Shown piece by piece: positions 23,501-36,689 of a stretch of 64,000 bases of DNA. The position numbers and the translations under genes were made by a program. Location of the stretch: the NCBI GenBank assembly GCA_051362555.1, contig CM120642.1, forward strand, positions 18,662,001 through 18,726,000, given 5' to 3'. Origin of the DNA: Lingula anatina (taxonomy: Eukaryota; Animalia; Brachiopoda). The first letter of the stretch is position 1. Each line of letters begins with the position of its first letter. Below the pieces are notes generated by a model, which was not told where the DNA came from, searched no databases, and saw only the letters and a program-made list of their open reading frames with translations.

Positions 23501-26156
23501 CTGGAAAATATTGCATAAAGAACAGAATATAATGGTAATACTGAAGATATTAAAAAAAATAATAATCATATTTTTAAATGAGAATTACACATGGTGACTA
23601 TGTAATAAAATTACTCCCATGAAATTGATAATACTTCACAACAGCACAAGTAATATGTAATTATACTAATAAAAGTCCTTCCAAAACAAGCACTTTTTCA
23701 TTTACTTATTACTTCAGATGAATCGAAAATGTTTGATGTTTTCCAGATGAAGATAAATTCAGTAAGTTTTGCACTGTTACATTAATTCATCAGTTCTTAC
23801 GAACTTGGGTGATTAGCAAAGAAGTTCTTCATATCCCTTAGTGTTTTTGTGAACCTGCCACCTGGTGACCTAAGTAAGACCTAATTTCAGTCTAAGGGGC
23901 CATTCAGAAAATAGATGATCCGAGTACTAAATATGGCCGACTTCAAAAGTGATGCCACTAATTCCATGATAGTCTCCACATGCGTCATTGATCCAGGGGC
24001 CTAACAATTAAACCTTGGAGCCGAGATTTAATCCATTTAATGGCGCGTGTGGAGGGGGGGGAGACCATCGGAAATCAGCAGCATTGCTTTTGAAGTGGGA
24101 TCGGCCATGTTTAGTTGGCGGATCAGTTAGTACTTGGATCATCTATTCTGAATGGTTCCTAAGACAGTCCTTGTCTGAATGCACACTAAGCTTTGCGTGT
24201 CCACTTACTGCTTGACCCGTGGAGTGGAGAACAACATCTTGTAGAGTTGTCATTGTGACATCTCCTACCAGTGAGGACAGAGTAATACCCTGGGGACCCT
24301 GAAGTTTTAATTCTCTGGTTGGAGATTCCAACCTGAAAACATAAAACATACATATTTATACATGAATAAATGTTTTGTATATTTTAGGGAGGGAGGGGGA
24401 CTAATACCCCATCTCCTACAAAAAAAGGTTTCTCTTGATAAATTTATTTACTCTAACCAGTTTCTGCAAAAAAAAAAAAAACAAAAAAAAAACAAAAAAA
24501 AAAACTAAGTACAATTTATGCTTGAACATAACAAATTATTAAGATTCACTCTTAGACTATTTTTTGTTCATCCAACCAATATGTTTTCTTTACAGGATTT
24601 TCTTAATTTAAAAAGTAACTTACGTTAGAGATTTGGAGATGTTGGAACGTACAGCACCTGTTTGTATAGATCCCTGGAAGACAGTGCCCTCTTTACCTGT
24701 AATCAAAGTGATTGGAATAAAAATCTTAAAATCATTTCAATTTTAACAACTCATTACACACATGATTATGTACAACAGCAAATGACAAAAAATGTTTAAA
24801 GTAATACTTTTTTTTTTGGTTTCAGTGAAGAAAGCAGACTGTCTCAGTACAACTAGAAATGAGCTAGAAATTGTCTTCAGTACACTACTGTTTCCTCAAT
24901 TCACATGTTCTGTAAATTCTATTTAGTTTAAAAAAAAAACACACAATATATTGTGTCCACAATATATTGCACGAAATAAAATTTTGATAACAGCCAAACA
25001 AGTAAAGCAGTTAGACTGGGTTCCCATACCTAGATTGATCTAACAGGATCGAATCATCTCCAAAGGGCTTTCTCGCTAAATTGCAAAATTGCAATCAAAT
25101 TAAAGCAGCTTAGATGTCTGGTACACCTACTGAAACTGATAAAGGAAAGTGAATTACCCCTAACAGCGTCAGTACACGTGCCAGATATCTAAGCTGCTTA
25201 AGTTGACTGCAACTTAGTGAGAATCCCTTTGGAGATAGATCAATCCACAGTTAGTATGATAGGGTTTGGGAATGGTCCCTAAGAGTAAATTCACAACTAA
25301 CACCATCTGCTCCACTGAAATCTCAGATGTCCCAACTATCACATTGTACTCCACCTTTCATATTGAACAGCTATTCTCATTTCACAAATGCAGAGCATAT
25401 TGAAGTTACTGTGTAAGCTAAAATTTTCCAATATTTTACACTTCTCAACATCCTTAGGTGTCTTATTTATGGTGTTAGTAATAATAAAACAATGCCTGAA
25501 AACAAAGATAATCTACTGACACAAATACAAGAATAATGCCCCATCAAAAGTTATCAACGATGGGATTAAAGGTGTCTGCTCTATGAATAATGAATTATTG
25601 AAAAAAGGATAGCTGAATTAAGGATAAATGGATGATGAATAACTAGAAAGGGTACAGATGGATAAGGGATAATTGGATAATGGATAACTAGATAAGGAAT
25701 ATCTGGATACAGGATAGCAAGATAATGGATAACTGGAAAATGGTTAAGTATTAACTGGATAAGGGAAAACCTACCTGCTATGTGGAGTTTTTCTGGTCCT
25801 ATGGTGACCTGAGTCCCATCCACATAGAACAGCTGCTCTCCAGCAGAGTTGACCACTTCAAAACTATCACAGTAACTCTCCACTTCCTTGGAACCTACAT
25901 GGAGACAAAACCACAGAGAAGATCAGTTTTGGATCACATGAAGATAATGCCTTTTAAATTTTACTACATTTTTCTTTATTACTGAAGAGTCATTTAAGAC
26001 AGAAAAAAAACATTATAATCTTGGAAGATAAAATGACTTGTGAAAACTGAAAGTTTAAAGAGAATTAATTTCTGAATCATAATTATTGTTTTTTCCAGTT
26101 AAAGTTAAAGGCTTTGATGTTAAATGACCTAAAAAAAGTGGATTACCCATTTAAAA

Positions 26157-26202
<46 letters not shown>

Positions 26203-29200
26203 TCCTCTCAGTTTTCACCAACCTATGTACAGTCTGTTTGTAATGCTGCCTGCTTCATTTCTAGTGTGGATGGTTACATTTTTGGATGATTCAAGGAATA
26301 AAGCTTTGTCCTGCAGAAGAAATGAAAAAAGCTATATCAAGTGGAAATTCATATCAAACAACCTTAAAATGTGACTTTTATTAATTTTTTTCATAAGGTA
26401 CAAACTTATACCATCATACTCTGGTTTATCTTTGGTTAAAAAAATTTACATGAAAAAGAGGTTTTGTGACTGTGCTGACATCTGGGATCTGAGATCTGTC
26501 GCCAACAATTAAGTCTTTACATGAGAATGAAGGAAATTAAGAACACGTGCATGAGATAGCTATAACAGGTAATATAAAGAAAAAATTCATGTATACTGAC
26601 TGTATTTGACTTTATTTGTGCTGCATATAAGGGTGCCAGGAATTCTGAGTGTCCCTCCACACGGATACCCTGGTTTGTGATTCTCAGTTTCCCCATTCCT
26701 GCCTGAAAAAATAATTAGAATATCTGTTAAAATTTTTAATGCACATAGTAACCAATGTTGCTACACAACTCAAAGATCTGAGAGGCATTGACGCTTCTTT
26801 GATACATACTTTCAGCTGGATTGGGCACATAAAAATGATGACTCAGAGAACATACCTAAACAAATAAAAGAAGTATCTGTAGAAATAACTTTTGTAAGGT
26901 TTGCAAAATAACGAACTGACTAAAGCTAAAGTCAATAATTTTATACTTTTGTTCTCTAAATATTTCAATTAATAGGTTTCTGTGTTATGAGCAATAGAAT
27001 AATATCTAAACATGAAATATATCAACTATTAAAAATATTTTTAAAAATAAACAAGAATGTGGAACATGGATGCTTCTTGTTGGCCACCGTCTACTGATAC
27101 ACAGAATACTATTTCATGTTTCAACTCTACATCAGAGGCATCTGTAACGATAAACCCTTCCAAGTGACAGGACATTCATTTAAATTATTCTTAATCTAGG
27201 CTTCTTCTTTAAATGTTTTTAGACAAATCAATATCAATAGCCATGCGCATTCTTTTACTAAGGCCACGGCAAAGTGAAGCAACTTCTCAATATTCATAGA
27301 TCTTAGAGAAAGACAATCTGATACTTTACAGTAAAAAAAAAAAAAAAAAGAATAAACTGGCTATAGTATACAGTCTGCTATTGTCGTATTGGTCATATTA
27401 TTTTTTGCACCAAAAGCTACCATCATTCTCTCATGTTTTTCAGTGGTGAACAACAACATAATGTATATATACTCATTTGACCACAGTAACAATCAGACAA
27501 CTTGCTTTGCTGAAAGAAAGGCCTCTACTGCCCCTAGCATCAGAAATAACGGTAATGATTTGACCGTTTCAATGGGAAAAAATTATCAAACTTTCAAATA
27601 CATAATTTCAAAATCACAAAAATTATATTTCTATGTGGCATTTTATGTGGCTTTTACTGCATAGTACAGACCTATGCAACGGGCTGCTTTTTGATTTTGT
27701 TATTACCACTCAGTAGGAAAGTCCTAATTTTAAGAGATAATATGACTTTAAAAAATACAGTATCTGTAAGATTCACAATTTACCCCCATTGAAAAGATGG
27801 AGTGATTATCCCAATAAAATTAACTTCTATTTACAGCACGCTTTCTCTTGTTGACAGTAACTCAAGCCGAGCTTCAGGGTGAAATCATCAGGATGAGATG
27901 TTTAATCAGACTTATATATTCTCTAAAGGCATGTTAATCCTCTTGAAGCATCCAGTTCCATTAATTTTAACAGTATTCCCAGAGTGCCACAAAGCGCGGT
28001 ACATCAGAGGATCAGAGTAAGGCTCTTAGCACATCAGGAAGTAGCTATAGTGTTCTGTGCACTCCAGTGTAAGAGATTGACGATGTAAAAGCCAGGCTAT
28101 TTTAATATTTAAAAATAAGATAGTCACCTTCATTACCCCCCCCCCCCCTCAAAAAAAAAAAAAATAAATAAATAAAATAAAAAATAAAATAAAATAAATA
28201 AATAAATAATAATAAAAATTGGCAAGACTAGTAAATCAATTACTTTTTATTGGTATATTGGGGCTTATTAAAGGGAGTAAATTTGACTTCCTGCAATACA
28301 CCACATAGTCACCTGTAATTGTTATACAGTAAACATATTTTTAAATTATTGTTTTTCTTTTTTTTTTATCAGTGATGATGGTGACTGACAGTCACAGAAA
28401 TATTGGAGGTAATACCCACAAGAAAGCATAGCTCTTGATAAAAAGAAAAGCAAAAATTTAAATTGATATATACAGAGCTAATGAAACTTCTCTCATAAAC
28501 CTATTTTGTTTTTAAACTGTCATATTTATAATTGCATAGTTATAGAATACACTGGTAGGTCACAGTCAATGTAAAAATGTACTTGTACCAAATAAATTTA
28601 AAATTCATTGCTGTGCAATACTCTAGAAAGAGGTCCACAGTAACCTCCTGTCATTAAAAAACCAATCTGATTGGTGATGTAGCACAACCAAAACCAGTCC
28701 AGGTTTAAATCTGCATTTGAACACACCACAATATTACTGAATATTTCAGTCGTTTGCGTGCTTGCCTTTCAAAAACCAGCAGCCATTAATAATACAGCAC
28801 AACCATAACTAGTGCTGTCAATTTACTAACTTAGCGTGCATCGCTGATACAGGAATAAGCAATGTTTCGTGTCCATGGGGAATACACTACTTCTCCTGGC
28901 TAAACAATGTCACTTGCTATAGAATTCTTGTCACAGTGACATACGGAAAAGCTATTATCCATACCCAAAGGACCATTTCATATCCATGGAGTTTATTCTG
29001 TTCTATAACTTTCTGAGTGGCAGATTTTCAGTATTGATTGATCGAGAATGGCATATGAAAGTCTTCAAACAAAAAAAAATGTTTTCTTTCAGACAAAGAA
29101 AAAACAAAACAAACAAAGAAACAAACAAAGAAACACCCCCCCCCCCCCTTTATACAAAAAATGATGTGAAAAAAAATCAGCAAGTTTATCCATATATAGC

Positions 29201-32053
29201 AATAAGGTAAAAGCTGATACAAAAAGTAAAGGCTTTATAATGCCTTTCCCCAGAAATTGAATTGCCAAATAGTATATACGACACTAGGGTAATAGCAGAT
29301 AAGAAAAACAAAGCCTTCATAATGCTTTTTCCCTGAAATTAAATTGCCACTCCAAGCCTAAGATCTTTACCATATCATGTGGATATACTGGGAGGCTTTC
29401 CTGGCCTTCCGAGTCAATAACAGACACCTGATCAATAGGCCACACTACCTTAGCTGCTATTCCTAGTAACATAACAGCTTTGAACTTTTGAACACATCAA
29501 CTACAATTTGCACAGACCACTGAAGAGTATTTGAGACCTTTCCTGGTGGATTCTTTTCATCCTTTTTGACTTGCTGTGTTTGTCTACCTTCAAAGATAAA
29601 AAACTTAGTAATCTGCACAATTTTTATCAATGGCCTTCCTTTTTTTTTTTTTTTTTTGTGGTTTTGGGTGTTTTCATAGTAAACTAGAGAAGCACTCAGA
29701 GAGCTCAGACAGCCCCCAAGCAGCTCAATTCTCTTTTTATTAACTGATAGATTAATTAATTAATTAATGGATCATCACCAAAACCTAACTGAAGTGAAGT
29801 TAGCTAATTTCCTACCTATCCAGAACTTTTAAAAAAATCAAAAGCTGTCCACAAATTTTTGAGTTGGGCTATTAACTAACAAACCAAAAAGAGAAAAAAA
29901 AACATATATCCATCTTGGCAGAGGTACTGTAATAATATGGCACATGGTTGGAAAGCAATTATGATGTTAATAGAGTTGTTTTTTTTTTTTAAACTTATGG
30001 CACCATTAAAAAAAGAATAAAACCCTTACACCGCTTTGCTTTATTTCACATTAACCACACTTTAAAATCAGTCTCTCTTCCTCACTTTGTTGTCTAGTTT
30101 CAACCACAAAGTCAGCAACTTGCTCTCTCTTCATAAGGGAACCAAGATATCAAAAACCTTCACTTCCAATATTGACCTGTGGAATAAAGGAGCCCTGGGA
30201 ATAAACGTGGTAGAGTGTAACAAGCTAATATCTATCAACCAGATAAAAGGTCTCGATACATCTTCCGAATAATAAATCTACGGAAAGTTAAATCAAACAG
30301 CCCAATGTGAGTGGCTCAACCTGCACCGTTTGATACTAGATGGAATTTAATTTAATTCTTTTGGGGATCTCTGTAATAAACCAGAGAGACAGCTTATCAA
30401 GAGGTGACGGCGAGTATCATTAATTTTAAGTTACTCTCCTTTCTTGATTGCCTTTATAAATAACCCCAGCTTATACACCATAATATTTAAAATGAAGCAG
30501 AGTTTTTTTTCTAAAATTGGAGAAAGAGTCAGGTTGTTCAAACAGAAATCAATAGCCTCACTAAATTCAATTATTCAATTAACTTAGAATGCTGGCTGAT
30601 CTCATTTATCTTTTACCTTATTGCCTTTGAATTAAAAAAAAATCTAAGAGGAAAATTTCACTGCCTGTTGCAGACAACGGTGGAAAAAATAATTGCAGCT
30701 TCATTCAGAGAAGAATTTCATCAGCTGTGTTATTTTATAAGAATAAAGTGTTTTTTTTTCTTCAAGTATATCTCCTGAATAGAGGCTATTCACCTAGATA
30801 GCCTCATTCCCTGATGAAGATGCTCTGGTAGACATTGAAATATTGGTGGTAAACTATTTCAATCTTAAGCTGTTGATTGAAGAAAGAATTACTTTATTCT
30901 TGCAACTTCATTGTTGCAAAATACAAAGCCTAGGTGGATGAAAACAAAATGCAAACAAACAAACAAACAAACAAACAAAACAATGCTTCAACTATTTACA
31001 TCAATCCTACAGTACCTGCCTAGAAACAAATGAATAAATATATAACGAGGATCATTTTCTTAATCATTTGGAATAATTGTTGTGCCGACAGAATCCCTCA
31101 CAGAGCCCCCGACTGGGCCCCTCACGAAGCCCCCCACAAGGCCCCTGGTCTGTCACGATCAAGCAGGACTAGCAGAGCAAAATGAACAGACATGTATCAA
31201 TGTCAATACAAATACCTCCTGATGTGCAAATTAACATGGTTCTTTGTGCATCTGGTTTCCAAGAATTCACAGAGCTCATTGCTGATGAGTTCACTCCAGG
31301 AAAGTGGTATCTTTGTTACTTGTAGCAGCTGCTCAAAGTGTGTCTTCCAAGGAGTCTAAGCTATAAGTAATTTCTGTATCTATTTCCCAAGAATGTCTAC
31401 TTGTTTCTGTCAATCACATTAAAAAAAAACACACTGTAATGGTCTATTGAGTACAAAAACATGCTGTAATGTAGTTTTTACGATAGCCATCATATTGGTA
31501 TATTGTGCCTGTTGTATTGATAAAAATGTCAGAAACTAAAAGCTGATAGGATTGTTTCTAACAACCTTCACCCCTAAAAAATAAACTACTAGTTTATAAA
31601 TGAAAGGCTGATTACAAAACCCAACAAGCAAAGAGCAGTGTTTTCATTTTCCCCCTTGTAAATTCATGTCAGATTACAGTAAAACAAAGCTGACAATGAT
31701 ACTTAATCTTTTATTTTAAATCAAATTAAATGTTGCAGACTAAAGAAAATAACCTTTTTGGGCAGCACATGCAATTCTATTACCTTTAACCTTTAACATC
31801 AAGTTATTCCTTTATTTCTATCAAATGTGGCATCCCGCATCATATTATGTGGCATTGCAGATCAATTTACAACAGATATTATTACCACATGCACAATTGA
31901 AAGAAGCAAATATACAAAGAGTGAATCTTTCACCAGATTGAAATTACTTTTTGACAAACAAAACTTCCTTATTGCTAGGAAGTGAGCATCCTGTGGCACA
32001 ATAATACTGGATAATGGTAATATTTGTTTTGGGTATACAACACACACACACGG

Positions 32054-32116
<63 letters not shown>

Positions 32117-34898
32117 GGGATCAACTTAAAACAATCTACGGGCACTGTGCAGTGACGTGACACTAAAAATTTAAGGAGAATCCTTCTGAGGTGTGGTACA
32201 TTAAAGCTACTCTTACAACCGGTCGTGCGTGCTTCTACGAGCGGTTTGCGTGCAAAAAATTGGCCAAGTAGTAAGATACACGCACGTGGAACGTACTTTT
32301 TTTGGTGGACTAAAACACGACGCAAAGCACGTAGCCCGAAAACTGGCCGGCCAGTTTTTCGCTACAACCTGTCTGCGACAATTAAAACGCCTGGAGCACG
32401 CTCGTAGCATGCAAGACAAAAGTACTGAGTAAGTGCGCTAGGCATGCGTGTAACGCAGGAAAAGCATGCAGAAATTCTGGGGTATTTTACCACGAAGACG
32501 CACTTACCACGCAAGAGACTCATACGTTCAACTTGCTTTCAATGTACGTTTTAGCAAAAAGGGGGGTGAGTGCACTTCCTCCGTGCGTTCATCTTACTAC
32601 CAAAGTGCGTGGCGAGTACTACTACCATACTTGTGAAGTGCGTCACACTAAGACGACGCACGTGCCCAGCACGATAAAAGTGCAGGCGATCCCGAGCAAC
32701 CACTGCAAACATTGCGTCGTGATCTTAGGTCTCCTCTAGCATTAGCAGCTGTAGAAGTCGATGGCGCATCCTTCTTGGAAGTGCCATTTTGGAAGCCAAA
32801 ACAGTGAATGATCAAGATACTCGGTGCTCCCTTTATATTATTTATTATATATTATTATTTATTGTATTATCCGTGCGTTCTACTTCCGTGCTTATTACGT
32901 TTCTCTTACGTTTCTCTTACTTCGTAAGTACGATTTCTGAAAACGTACGCTTCACTTGCAATACACGTATGATTATCTTACTCACTGTGTGCGACACAAG
33001 TACAGATCGTACGTACTCCTTTCTTCTTTCTACTTCCAAAAAAGGGCGTACAGACCACTTGCGGGCCCCACGTTTAGAGCACGACACACCTTCTCCTAAA
33101 GCACTTACTACTTCATCCACTGCGATTTAATTTTCATCCTGCGACAACGCTACGTCTGTCAAGAACTCCGAGGACGCACGATCTCTAAGCACGCACGACG
33201 GGTTGTAAGAGAGGCTTTAGCAATAAGGGTCAAATTCCTTTCCCTGTGAATGTCCTCCATAGGGCCATTCAGAATGAGAAGATCTAAGTGCTAACTGGTC
33301 CACGGCCTAAATATGGTGGACCTACATGAAAGGAAGACCGCTTAATCCTGTAATGGTCTCTCTGCCTCTTTCATGCCTCCCCAAGCCAGGGCTTGACACA
33401 AACTTTTTTTGATACTGGCACGAGATATTGGTAAATGTTGCAAGGATGATTTGACACATGACATTTTACTTGCTCTTTAGGCCAGTGACCCCAGCGATTC
33501 AATGGCCCTAGGTTGGTTTTCAGTGGCCCAGGGCCAGTGGGCCACCCTTAATGTCAAGCCCTGCAAGCATCGTCCCTGCAGGGGCACAGTAATTAAATTT
33601 CGTCTCAATACGACCGCTCATGCGACATTCCTATTATATCAGTTTACTAATAAGTCATTCTTGCTACATAACTCCCTTTCTGTTTCAGATTTTACCCTGT
33701 CTGAACACCCCCATCACCTTCTCCCAATTCTATTTCAGATTTTACCCGATCTGAACACCCCCATCACCTTCTCCCAATTCCGTTTCAGATTTTACCCGAT
33801 CTGAACACCCCCATCACCTTCTCCCAATTCCGTTTCAGATTTTACCCGATCTGAACACCCCCATCACCTTCTCTCTATTCCGTTTCAGATTTTACTCCGT
33901 CTGAACACCCCCATCACCTTCTCTCTATTCCGTTTCAGATTTTACCCCGTCTGAACACCCCCATCACCTTCTCCCCATTCCGTTTCAGATTTTACCCTGT
34001 CTGAACACCCCCATCACCTTCTCCCAATTCCGTTTCAGATTTTACCTGATCTGAACACCCCCATCACCTTCTCCCCAGGTACTGTGACCTCATTCCCGCT
34101 AGCACCGAGGCACCTGTTTAACTACAGAAAGATTTATTTCTCATCAATATTTTTTTTCCAGGGTTCTGACAATTACGTTATCTTTTTACTGCATCACAGA
34201 TTTGTTGAATGATTTTAAGAACAAACTTGCATGGCATATGCATGTTATGAAATTCAAACTTCAAAGACGGTTCAAAATATCTCAAATATCTCCGAAGCTC
34301 ATCAAGAAATGGGGGAAAAAATATTATCTAGACTTACTGTGTAAATCAGCACTAATGGAGCCTAATATATATTTCCAAGAAGAGGAAAACACTGTCTAGC
34401 TGACAATGTGTCTGAAGCAGAGCCTTTAAATTAAAAGTATATTAAGAAATACAGTAAGTGTGCAGATAAATATGTCCATTGTTGGGGGATAAGTGTCACA
34501 GAACGAGCCTGAAATGAAACATGCACCAACTAATTGAATGATGGGCTCAATAACTGATGGACATAAAAGACAGACAGAAAATCAGACAAATATAAGAGAT
34601 AAAAAAAAATCCACACAGGAAGATGGACAGACAAGCAGACGGACAGACAGACAGACAGACAAGAATTTTTCTTGACTGATGATATTAATCACCCACTTCT
34701 ACCTACCCCAGAAAAGTCCATGACTTTGAGTATCCATATTGTAAGTGAGAGGTTGACTATGATGAGCACCAGCAGCACCAGGATAAAACAGTACAGGCAC
34801 CGTTTCCGCCAGCCGTAGATCCCGACCTTGTACACGGACTCCGGGGGCGGAGAGGACGAAGTTTGGGACCAGTTCCCAGCAGCCCTCCCACGGCCCAT
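23327..34898 (-). CDS. SGCZ: Gamma/delta/zeta-sarcoglycan (single invertebrate co-orthologue), 290 aa; complement(join(23327..23500,24209..24332,24624..24696,25775..25894,26223..26310,26601..26702,34707..34898))
   Basis: [14 protein letters not shown] plus TM segment, GMGKLRI, LESPTR, C-terminal YQLCVC...C...C; all introns GT-AG with consistent phases. Confidence 0.95.
23896..24159. mobile_element. Harbinger/Tourist-like MITE, family A
   Basis: TIR ggggccattcagaa...ttctgaatggttcc; TAA on both flanks. Confidence 0.8.
24209..24332 (-). CDS. SGCZ: Sarcoglycan coding exon 6
   Basis: [20 protein letters not shown]...GQA; ttttcag acceptor and gtaagt donor. Confidence 0.95.
24624..24696 (-). CDS. 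SGCZ: Sarcoglycan coding exon 5
   Basis: [24 protein letters not shown]; acag acceptor and gtaagt donor. Confidence 0.92.
25014..25279. mobile_element. MITE family B copy
   Basis: Homologous to 17580-17834; TTA/TAA flanks. Confidence 0.75.
25585..25765. repeat. Degenerate ~15-bp minisatellite (ggataatggataact-like)
   Basis: Recurrent ggataa/tggat units next to an exon donor. Confidence 0.6.
25775..25894 (-). CDS. SGCZ: Sarcoglycan coding exon 4
   Basis: [26 protein letters not shown]...LHIA. Confidence 0.95.
26223..26310 (-). CDS. SGCZ: Sarcoglycan coding exon 3
   Basis: [18 protein letters not shown]... with the conserved NVT sequon. Confidence 0.93.
26601..26702 (-). CDS. SGCZ: Sarcoglycan coding exon 2
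   Basis: [34 protein letters not shown]. Confidence 0.95.
29681..29925 (-). mobile_element. Short decayed HINE-like element
   Basis: aactagaagcactcagagagc end and cttggcagaggta end, resembling Helentron-derived elements. Confidence 0.4.
32055..32113. repeat. (ATA)n microsatellite
   Basis: Direct reading. Confidence 0.95.
32205..33216. mobile_element. ~1-kb non-autonomous TIR DNA transposon (Harbinger-like)
   Basis: TIR agctactcttacaaccggtcgtgcgtgctt / aagcacgcacgacgggttgtaagagaggct; TAA/TTA flanks; CpG-rich against a CpG-poor intron. Confidence 0.8.
33387..33563. mobile_element. MITE with CAGGGCTTGACA TIRs and 5-bp TSD
   Basis: CAAGC on both flanks; inserted into a family-A MITE remnant starting ~33262. 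Confidence 0.85.
33683..34076. repeat. 50-bp minisatellite, about 8 copies
   Basis: tttcagat recurs every 50 bp from 33683 to 34033. Confidence 0.95.
34707..34898 (-). CDS. SGCZ: Sarcoglycan coding exon 1 (cytoplasmic tail plus TM); exon acceptor at 34912
   Basis: MGRGRAAG...[42 protein letters not shown] then gtaggt. Confidence 0.93.
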
Positions 34899-34963
34899 AG
34901 CCTCTCTTTCACCTGGAGGTAAAAAAAAAATAGTCGCTGTGTTTATCACTCTTGACATTCTTA

Positions 34964-35252
34964 GGGGCTATTCAAATAGATGAACTGAGTACTAACTGAT
35001 CCGCCGACTAAATATGGCTGACCCCTCTTCAAAAGCGATGCTGCTGATTCCTGATGGTCACCCTGCCTCCACATGCGCCATTAAACAGATTAAATCTCAG
35101 CTACCGGGTTTCATTGCTAAGCCCCTGCAGCAACGGGGCGTTTGGAGGCAGAGTGACCATCATGGAATTAGCAGCATCACTTTGGAAGAGGGGTCGGCCA
35201 TATTTAGTCGGAGGATCAGCTAGTACTCGGATCATCTATTCTGAATGGCTTC
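34964..35252. mobile_element. Harbinger/Tourist-like MITE, family A
   Basis: Long imperfect TIRs homologous to 23896-24159. Confidence 0.8.
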
Positions 35253-36656
35253 TTCAATTTGAAATATTACATGAAAAAAAAAAAAAAAAAAAACCCTTCA
35301 TCTAAACAAGATACAACAGAACACAGGATAAAAAACTAGATACTTTTGGATAATAAATACTGATTTTATCACAATAGCCAGAATATTCATTTACTGATGA
35401 AATTATCTGTACTTTGATTAACTTAAAAAAGCAAAGAATAGACCTGATGAAATATCATAACTAATTTTGCCACTACAGAGCAACAACTGCAATTAAATAA
35501 ATGTAAAATATCATTTCCTTCATACTAACTCTACATAAAATCAATTTGTTTTCGTAAAATTGCACAACATGGCTTTACTTCCTGGGGGTAAATGGTCCTA
35601 CCTCATGGTGTTACGACAAATAAAATAAATACAAAAAACATGCGTTCTTACCGCCTCACCTGTCTTTATTAGCCTGTTAACTGAAAATTCAGCCCGCGGT
35701 AACAGTATGGTGCTTCAACATTTATCTTAATGGAAACACTCTCAAATACAACCCAGAACGTGAACGAAAGAGCAAACTCTGTTCTTTCTCCCAAAGAGAA
35801 ACAGTCTGGGCATTAAATTTCAGCCAACTGGTCACTCAGACTGGTTTACTGCAGAAAACTTGCCAGTTCAAATCAAATTTACTAAATCTCAAGATGAAAT
35901 CTACAGATAAAGAAAAACTATTCCAAAACAACTGTTTGAATTTCCACTAGTCTGACAGAAAATCTTTATGTCAACCTTTTCAGAGCATCGGTTAACTTTG
36001 CAGACTGGGCTAATACAAAACCTAGTACAAATAACTGCGAAAGAACATATTTCCAAACTCTCTTTAATGAATTTTAAATATATCTAGTATTTGGGAAGAA
36101 ACGACAGGCTTTATCACTATGTATCAACATACAGTACTAGTATTAGTACTTATCTTTAAAATCTCCATTTATTTAAACCTCCACAGAAGAGTTATAACAA
36201 AATTGGGTAAAATAGTGCTAGTATGATATAAATAAATAAATAAATAAAAATATGTCCACATCACATTTAGTTCCAACACTAATACTCATAATATCTATAA
36301 AAACTGCAAAGAATATTCCTCAACTCTCCTCTGCATACATGCATATTCTTCTGGCATACACAGATATTCTGCACATCCTTCACTTTGAATGCTTTCTGCT
36401 GGTATTGTCAACAGAACTTGGTTACTGACAGATGTACTCATTATGAGAACCGTGATATTACTACTAGAATCCCAAATGTATTATTAATCACGCATGCAGG
36501 GTGCACATTACGTTCTTGACAACTATTTCATGCTAGACAGTGTCTTTCTGTTCAACAGACCTAATCCTAAACTAGCTGAATAATAAATTGAAATGTATCA
36601 CCTCTGCCAATGATCTTTAATAATTGCAACTGTAATAATAATAATAATAATAATAA

Positions 36657-36689
<33 letters not shown>

